Below, in pieces: positions 1 to 5,973 of a stretch of 6,740 bases of DNA. Below the pieces are notes generated by a model. It was not told the DNA's origin, made no database searches, and saw nothing but the letters and a program-made list of their open reading frames with translations. The stretch spans positions 1 through 6,740 of the forward strand of contig NW_021829216.1 in the NCBI RefSeq assembly GCF_006345805.1, read 5' to 3'. The stretch comes from Octopus sinensis (Eukaryota). The position numbers and the translations under genes were made by a program. Position 1 is the stretch's first letter; each line of letters starts with the position of its first letter.

Positions 1-39
1 AGCAGTATTAAGTTAAGGTAGCATCTACATATCATACTT

Positions 40-444
40 TACTTACTTGTACTTGTACTTGTACTTGTGACGGCGTTCACTCAGGGCGGGTTGAGCCGGC
101 TTCTTCTCTGGTCCTGACGGCGTCACGAACCATGGATTCATACAAGAAGTTTCGTGGGAATATTGAATTCACAAGCGGTCCCCGATATCCCGCATGCATA
201 TCCCGAGGGACGGGACGTCCTATTTGCCGTGGAGTTTCCACAAACGCAGGGACAGAACGACCTCGAAGCCGCCGGTTGCCGAACAGACGCCTCTTGGAAT
301 TTTCACCAGGCTTTGGCCCTAATATCGCTCGGTGCCAGACCAATCTGCCTTGGGAGTTTCTGAAGTTTCTGACGACATAGCTCTGACACTGCTCGTTAAC
401 ACCACCCTACCGCTTTGAGTAGGGGTTGGACTTTAGGTTGGACC
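40..444 (-). mobile_element. 405-bp RTE-clade LINE-derived insertion (5'-truncated or internally deleted, non-autonomous) with 10-bp TSD
   Basis: The exact direct repeat TATCATACTT lies at 30-39 and 445-454. The minus strand ends in a (CAAGTA)4 tail. Just before the tail, one frame reads SMVRDAVRTREEAGSTRPE*, which resembles RTE ORF C-termini as I recall them (..VRDxV....AGSTRPG*). No RT or endonuclease motifs are present. Confidence 0.8.
44..67 (-). repeat. (CAAGTA)4 tandem 3' tail of the RTE-derived element
   Basis: The plus strand has TACTTG at 44-49, 50-55, 56-61 and 62-67. Short tandem-repeat tails are typical of RTE-clade elements. Confidence 0.9.
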
Positions 445-1039
445 TATCATACTTAATATATATATATACACCGTTGAATGATCAACTCATAGCTGTATTC
501 CTCGGAGACAATATCTATTGTGGACGTGCTGTTTAAAAGTACAACATACATCAGAAGGAGACAAAAATCGTCCCAGAAACTGTCAGCAAGAAATATCAAA
601 TGTATTTAAGCCTCATTAAGCTTTGTCAATGGCATGTGTTCACGGCCATCTGCATGCTGAGGCGAGATTTATCATTGATATATAGGAAAGCAATGAAAAA
701 ATTTCACTGTAAATAAACGCCCGCTTTTTTCTTGCCCACATCCTGTAACATACTGTTTCGCGAGGAATAAATTGATGCAATAACTATCTCGCTGAATATG
801 TGCAGGTGGCAACTTAATTGTCTAAAACTCTTGAAGTCATAGATGGCAATGAGAACCAACAGGTGTGCCCATCATGTTTTTTGTAATAGCTTCAAACGAG
901 GATAAGTCGAAAGTGTTCTTTCATATTGTTTTAAGACCTGTTATGAAAATATGAAAATAGTAACACGAAATATATTCATGAATTATTTATGTATATATGT
1001 AGTCATTTTCCAAGGAAAATTCCTAACAATTTTGAAAAT

Positions 1040-1260
1040 TAATAGAAACAAATGAAGACAAGAATATCGAAAGATAGAATGAATTAAAGAATGAAAGAAA
1101 CAAAGGAAAGAAAGGAATGTTAATTGTAGTAAAAATATGTAAAATAGGGTCCAAGAAATTAAAGTTCAATGAACCGGTCTCTTCATCAATAGGCGAATAA
1201 ATAGAAGACAGAAAGGAAAGATAAATGAGAGCAAGGAAATGAAAATAGAAGAGCGGAAAC
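1040..1260. repeat. Purine-rich (GAAA-like) low-complexity tract
   Basis: Degenerate GAAA/GAAT/GGAA units. The tract explains the F/L/S-rich ORF 1023..1292(-). Confidence 0.7.
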
Positions 1261-1372
1261 AGTTTTCGAAAGCTTGTCCGTACAATCGCCATATTTGCAT
1301 TTATCTTTCTATCTTGTTAGGAATGCGCATTTCCCATTGTAAGTGTGAATATATATGTATATGAATAAATAT

Positions 1373-1639
1373 GGAGGTGCAATGGCCTAGTGGTTAGGGC
1401 AGCGAACTCGCAGTCGTAGGATCGCGGTTTCGATTCCCAGACCGGGCGTTGTGTGTGTGTATTGAGCGAAAACACCTTAAAGCTCCACGAGGCTCCGGCA
1501 GGGGGTGGTGGTGATCCCTGCTGTACTCTTTCACCACAACTTTCTCTCACTCTTTCTTCTGTAGGCCTGCTCGCGAAGCGCATTGTGACCAGCGATGTGT
1601 AACAACATCTGATGGCCTGGTCGGTCACGGAAGTCACGG
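1373..1639 (+). mobile_element. tRNA-derived SINE, family A, copy 1, with 12-bp TSD
   Basis: Starts GGAGGTGCAATGGCCTAGTGG, has A and B boxes, and ends in a GTCACGG-repeat tail. TSD ATGAATAAATAT lies at 1361-1372 and 1640-1651. A homologous inverted copy lies at 2146-2455. It resembles tRNA-derived SINEs of octopus; no family name is assigned. Confidence 0.93.
1383..1437 (+). promoter_or_regulatory. Internal Pol III type 2 promoter (A box and B box) of SINE A copy 1
   Basis: A box TGGCCTAGTGG at 1383-1393 matches TRGCNNAGYGG. B box GTTTCGATTCC at 1427-1437 is a GTTCGANNC-like variant. Confidence 0.8.
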
Positions 1640-1651
1640 ATGAATAAATAT

Positions 1652-1700
1652 ATGTATGAGTATATATGTGTATGTTTGTGTGTGCGTGTGTGTATTTATA
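1652..1700. repeat. (TA)/(TG) compound microsatellite
   Basis: Direct inspection. Confidence 0.85.
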
Positions 1701-1900
1701 CGTAAACTTTTGCGGTAGACATAGAAATATGTGAGATATGATTAAAATATTGGGGTCTCTGAAATGCGTTTACGGCACTTGACCAATCCCCTAAAACAAG
1801 TGACTAATCAGTTTATGCGTGCATGAAATCAGGTAGGTTCAACGAACCGGATTTATACTATAAGTATTTAGCATTTTAAGATGAGAGGTCTCGAGATAAA

Positions 1901-1933
1901 CAGACAGACAGGCAAAGAGAAAGAAAGGGAGAG

Positions 1934-1966
<33 letters not shown>

Positions 1967-2062
1967 GGGAGAGAAAGAAAAAAGGGAGAGAGAAAGAGAT
2001 AGAGAGAGACATACAGACAAGCAGATAGATAGATAAATAAATTGATTAATTGATTGATTGAT
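1901..2062. repeat. Compound microsatellite (CAGA)n-(GA/GAAA)n-(TAGA)n-(TTGA)n
   Basis: Direct inspection. It generates the SLSL-type ORFs 1868..2158(-) and 1876..2094(-). Confidence 0.9.
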
Positions 2063-2145
2063 AAATATATCGATACATGTGTAGAGAGATGCATGCGGAT
2101 AAATATACGTAAATGTTCCTATATATATATATATAAATATATATA

Positions 2146-2455
2146 TCACCGTGATCACCGTGACCGACTAGGCTATCAGATGTTGCTACACATCGCTGGT
2201 CACAATGCGATTGGCATTGTTTTAGCCTTTAAATGACGCCACCCCGCTGGCTAAGCGAGCAGGCCAACAGAAGAAAGAATGAGAGAAAGTTGTGGCGAAA
2301 GAGTACAGCGAGGATCACCACCATCCCCTGCCGGAGCATCGTGGAGTTTTAGGTGTTTTCGCTCAGTAAACACTCACAACGCCCGGTCTGGGAATCGAAA
2401 CCGCGATCCTACGACCGCGAGTCTGCTGCCCTAACCACTGGGCTATTGCACCTCC
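2146..2455 (-). mobile_element. tRNA-derived SINE, family A, copy 2 (longer form)
   Basis: The reverse complement starts GGAGGTGCAATAGCCCAGTGG. A box at 2445-2435, B box at 2401-2391, tail CACGGTGATCACGGTGA. About 22 differences over ~258 aligned columns versus copy 1, plus a 41-nt segment absent from copy 1. It sits between a (TA)n tract and a (CA)n tract, with no TSD seen. Confidence 0.93.
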
Positions 2456-2559
2456 ACACACACAAGTTAAAAGTTGTCTAAAGTCGTAAGACGCCCGCTG
2501 TTTTTGTCCTGCTTACCATTCTTGTTTTTTATTTCTATTTTTTGTTTCTTGTATTTATA

Positions 2560-2812
2560 TTCGTGTGGCACCCTGTCTTTGTTTCGTATACATTCGATCC
2601 TCTTTCCAAGAAATCTAATGCCTGTGGCTTAGTTTTTTTCTTGGGGCTGGCCGGTTCGGAGTGATATCGAGATTAAACAGCCGAAATTGCTAAGATGATC
2701 CGGTTCCGACTGAAGATTAGAGGCTTCGAGTGACCCGTTGTTTTTTTTTGTGTCGTCTCTTGTGTGTTTTTGCGTTTTGTCCCACTTGTATATTTTATAT
2801 TTTATATTTAAT
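2560..2812. mobile_element. Probable fragment of an unclassified interspersed repeat ending at a (TA)n tract
   Basis: A GC-richer block (about 2590-2750) followed by T-rich sequence running into (TA)n. I recognise it only from memory as an octopus-type dispersed repeat. No second copy is present in the window, and class and boundaries are uncertain. Confidence 0.35.
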
Positions 2813-2844
2813 TTCATATATATATATATATATATACATATATA

Positions 2845-3074
2845 ATCTTTTACTTGTTTCAGTCATTTGACTGCGGCCATGCTGGAGCACTGCCTTTATT
2901 CGCGCAAATCGAACCCAGCACTTATTCTTTGTAGGCCTAGTACTTATTCTATCCGTCTCTTTTGCCGAACCGCTAAATTAATGTGACGTAAACACACCAT
3001 TATCGGTTATCAAGCGATGTTGGGGAGACAAACACAGACACACAAAGACACACACACACACAGACATACACACG

Positions 3075-3106
<32 letters not shown>

Positions 3107-3282
3107 CATATATATATACAACGGGCTTCTTTCAGTTTCCGTCTACCAAGTTCACCCACAAGGCTTTGGTCGGCTGGAGGCTATAGTAGAAGACACTTGC
3201 CCATGGTACCACGCAGTGGGACTGAACCCGGAACCATGTGGTTGGGAAACAAGCTACTTACCACACAGCCTCTCCTCCGCCT
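2845..3282 (-). mobile_element. tRNA-derived SINE, family B, near full length, with internal (CA)n/(TA)n microsatellite
   Basis: Minus-strand head AGGCGGAGGAGAGGCTGTGTGG with a degenerate A box at 3271-3261 and B box GGTTCAGTCCC at 3228-3218. CCATGGGCAAGT follows, resembling the start of the CORE domain. Internal microsatellite at about 3028-3120; 3' end GAAACAAGTAAAAGA. A homologous copy lies at 3988-4320. Confidence 0.9.
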
Positions 3283-3595
3283 ATGAATATTTCATTTCAA
3301 TCCATGTACACAGTACCCGTTGTATTTTAAAAGCCAACTACGTAAAATTAATGTCCAGGAAGTAGAGTAGCTGCTTAAAAACATTTAATTTAATTTTGCC
3401 TTTATTGTTTAGTATTCTTCTAATTTTAGAACATTGCAAACTTTGAGCATTTTTTGCAAAATGGCTGAATTTTTTCTCCAGCCCAAAACTTTTCTAAAAT
3501 ACCAAGTTTGGAATGTAGCGAAATTTTAATCGGAAGTACGTAAAAAAATTTAATACAAGTTTCCTTACGGGATCCGGAACTATATTTCCATAGGG

Positions 3596-3668
3596 ATATA
3601 TATATAATATATATATATATATACATACACACACATGCATACATACATACATACATGCATAATATATG

Positions 3669-3729
<61 letters not shown>

Positions 3730-3740
3730 TATATAATATA
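3596..3740. repeat. (TA)n array with (TACA)n/(CA)n interruption
   Basis: Direct inspection. Confidence 0.95.
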
Positions 3741-3910
3741 TAGTGCACATTTAAACACATAAGAGCTAGCCTTAATAGGAGTACCTGCACGCTAGAGGAG
3801 CAGATAAATTCCGAACAAGTATTAGAGATAAAATATCGGAATTTAACTGTTATCTCTAGTGTGCATGTAGTCCAATGATGGCTAGCTCTTATGTGTTTAA
3901 CTGTACACAG
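3741..3910. mobile_element. 170-bp foldback MITE, probably Tc1/mariner-derived (TA flanks, consensus CAGTG terminus)
   Basis: Perfect 21-bp inverted repeat at 3751-3771/3880-3900 and perfect 10-bp inverted repeat at 3805-3814/3836-3845, with imperfect pairing along the rest of the arms and a 21-nt loop (3815-3835). TA lies at 3739-3740 and 3911-3912. The termini TAGTG and (reverse complement) CTGTG are each one change from CAGTG. Confidence 0.75.
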
Positions 3911-3987
3911 TATTTATATGAATAACATATAGTCTATTGACTAAATTTTTACATGCTAGGCCAACGGTAATGGAAATTTCTAATATT

Positions 3988-4320
3988 CCGACCATAGCAT
4001 TGTGAGTGGATTTGATAAACGAAAACTGAAAGAATCCCATCGTGTACATATATATATGTGTGTGTGTAGTTGTGTGTGAGTGTGTGTGTGTATGTTTGCA
4101 TGGCAATGTTAGCCCCTACTCCAACCTCACTTGACAACCTGGTTTCTTTACAATGGTGGTTTCTTTACATACCGTAGCTTAGCGGTTCTGAAGAAGACAC
4201 TAATAGAATAAGTACTACGCTTACAAAGAATAATTCCTGGGGTCGATTTGCTCGACAAAAGGCGGTGCTCCAGCATTGCCGCAGTCAAATGATGGAAACA
4301 AGTAAAGGAATAAACGAATA
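3988..4320 (+). mobile_element. SINE family B, 5'-truncated and more diverged copy
   Basis: Begins at CCGACC..TTGTGAGTGGATTTG with no tRNA head. Internal (TA)/(TG) tract at about 4046-4095. Positions 4179-4309 match the reverse complement of 2846-2976 with about 19 mismatches in 131 nt (~85%). Confidence 0.88.
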
Positions 4321-4437
4321 TGCATGTATATATGTTTGTATGTATGTGCATGTATGTGTGCCAATATACATACATATATATATATATGCGTGTGTGTGTT
4401 GTGTGTGTATGTGTGTATGTGCGTGTGTATGTGTGAG
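4321..4437. repeat. (TATG)n/(TA)n/(TG)n compound microsatellite
   Basis: Direct inspection. Confidence 0.9.
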
Positions 4438-4684
4438 TGCTCATATAAAGCGCTTATGTTCGGGACAAAGATAGTATCTGCAGACGGCAGGTAAAGCAAT
4501 TACGCGGGACTCGCGGAAAATACGTTTAAGACCCAAATATACATCTTACTCACTTGTCCATATCCAGAGATTGAATTCACCCGTCCCCTTTCTTCATACG
4601 TATGTACATAATTAGTATTAGGAATATTATGCATATATGTATGCATACCAGCATGTCTCTGCGTGTGTGTATGTATAGTGTCTA

Positions 4685-4717
<33 letters not shown>

Positions 4718-4722
4718 ATATT

Positions 4723-4761
<39 letters not shown>

Positions 4762-4858
4762 TAATAATATAATATATTATATTATATCACATATATTATA
4801 TATATATATATACATATAACATATATATATATATATAATATATATATATATAATATAT

Positions 4859-4905
<47 letters not shown>

Positions 4906-4992
4906 ATATATATATATATATATAATAAGAAAGTTGGTTTGTATATTATACATATATATATACATATAATATATATATATATATATAATTAT
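4685..4992. repeat. Long interrupted (TA)n array
   Basis: Direct inspection. One non-TA core AAGAAAGTTGGTTTG lies at 4927-4941. Confidence 0.95.
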
Positions 4993-5106
4993 TAATAAGG
5001 GTGGAGAATTAGATACTAATTTAATAGTATACCTATTCAAACCAAGTGGCCCAGTGCCCGAGAAACCTGGATTATTATAATATTTTATAACATATTATAA
5101 TCTTTT

Positions 5107-5266
5107 ATACAAAAATAAATATAGAGGAGTGGTCACTATGTGGCTCACTCTAGCACTAGTAAATCCAAAAGGTTTCAACCAACATGTATTTTGTGGTTGA
5201 AACCTTTGGATTACTAGTGCTAGAGTGAGCCACATAGTGACCACTCTCTTATATTTATTTTTATAT
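5107..5266. repeat. Long near-perfect inverted repeat (hairpin of about 70 bp)
   Basis: 5127-5162 pairs perfectly with 5211-5246 (36 bp). Pairing continues inward to 5184/5192 with single-A bulges at 5163, 5170 and 5182, and outward through 5111-5123/5250-5262. Confidence 0.95.
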
Positions 5267-5337
5267 TTATGTATATATAATATATATAATATATATGTAT
5301 ATATCATATATATATTATATATATATATATATATATA

Positions 5338-5389
<52 letters not shown>

Positions 5390-5479
5390 TAAGAAAGTTG
5401 GTTTGTATATATATACATAATAGATACATATACTATATATATATATATATATATTATATATAATAGATATATATATATA
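5267..5479. repeat. Long interrupted (TA)n array
   Basis: Direct inspection. The same non-TA core AAGAAAGTTGGTTTG lies at 5391-5405. Confidence 0.95.
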
Positions 5480-5973
5480 GTGAAATAGAAAGATGAATAA
5501 TCTTGTAGTAGATTAATCAAAAGTTTAACCGATACCTTAGTAGAAAAATCACAGCAGTAACAGCACGGTTGGAGGTACAACCATCGGCGTTTGCAACCGT
5601 GCGTTGGTGCGGATAATTGAAATTAAAACATTATTGGTGAATTGAAGAAATGGAGCGAACGCAGATTGAACAGAAATCGTTTTATTCATTCTACACGTGT
5701 TTCGAAAGGCACAAATTCCCCAAATCCGATTGAATAATGGGACCATATTGTGTCTTTCTCTTCAGGAAGAAAAAAGGAAATCGTTTGGAAAAAACAAGAC
5801 CCGTTGAATTCTTCAAGCACCGGTTCTCAACTACACTGATAAACAGTTTCGCCATGGGCCTCTTAGGAGCACAGTTCGATTTGTTTTTTGTTCCGCCTCT
5901 GTTCTGTTTTTGTTTTTTTCCAACGGATTACCTTTGGAGGCGTTCAGCTCCATTCTTCAATTCACAATAATGT
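5480..5973 (-). mobile_element. Hammerhead-bearing non-coding island in (TA)n; probable Penelope-like element pseudo-LTR or retrozyme-like remnant
   Basis: A 494-bp unique island with (TA)n on both sides. It contains an intact type I hammerhead and an inverted copy of internal sequence at its minus-strand 5' end. Hammerheads in pLTRs, inverted 5' segments and AT-repeat targets are known Penelope-like element traits. No RT or GIY-YIG ORF is present, so the class is inferred. Confidence 0.55.
5680..5775 (-). ncRNA. Type I hammerhead ribozyme
   Basis: Minus strand: CUGAAGA at 5765-5759. Stem II GAAAGACACAA (5758-5748) pairs with UUGUGCCUUUC (5714-5704), 10 of 11 pairs, closed by G-C. GAAA at 5703-5700. 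Stem III is the palindrome ACACGUGU (5700-5693). Cleavage triplet GUA at 5694-5692. Stem I UUUUUUCUUC (5775-5766) pairs with GAA(U)GAA(U)AAAA (5691-5680), 10 bp with two bulges. Confidence 0.88.

Noticed and set aside
77-380. ORFs 77..343(-), 132..380(+) and 154..363(+) as host genes
   Set aside because: All lie within the TSD-bounded insertion. Only the last ~20 residues of the minus-strand ORF resemble anything I recognise (RTE C-terminus).
290-444. HDV-like ribozyme at the 5' end of the RTE-derived element
   Set aside because: A partial P1 (GGUCCAA/UUGGUCU), a following GG and a CACC/GGUG P4 are visible on the minus strand. However, P3 does not pair and the J4/2 segment lacks the catalytic C.
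474-530. 57-nt minus-strand exon candidate (TSTIDIVSEEYSYELIIQR)
   Set aside because: The acceptor is plausible but the donor GTGTAT is weak, and the peptide is not recognisable.
1373-1445. tRNA gene
   Set aside because: The tRNA-like head has A and B boxes but no acceptor-stem pairing, and it continues into a SINE body with a TSD and a second copy.
2645-2730. Second hammerhead: GGCTG/CAGCC-GAAA (2645-2686) and CTGAAGA (2710-2716)
   Set aside because: The core pieces are out of register. No CUGANGA precedes GGCTG, stems I and II are offset in the permuted reading, and GAGT replaces GAAA in the type I reading. At most it is a decayed relic.
1699-3544. TACGTAAA four times (1699, 2106, 3349, 3537)
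   Set aside because: An AT-rich 8-mer noticed post hoc, with irregular spacing, and partly derived from decayed TA/CA repeats.
3305-3912. TGTACACAGTA direct repeat (3305-3315 and 3902-3912) as a TSD
   Set aside because: The second copy is the MITE terminus plus its TA flank, and the enclosed sequence has no coherent element ends.
4188-4210. CTGAAGA as a hammerhead core
   Set aside because: It arises from divergence inside SINE B copy 2, with no stem II and no GAAA in register.
4545-4610. Minus-strand donor AA|GTGAGT near 4553
   Set aside because: No polypyrimidine tract or acceptor upstream, and no recognisable coding frame.
5195-5225. Hammerhead 3' half (GAAA) within the long hairpin
   Set aside because: No CUGANGA on either strand, and no U-H triplet in register after a stem III.
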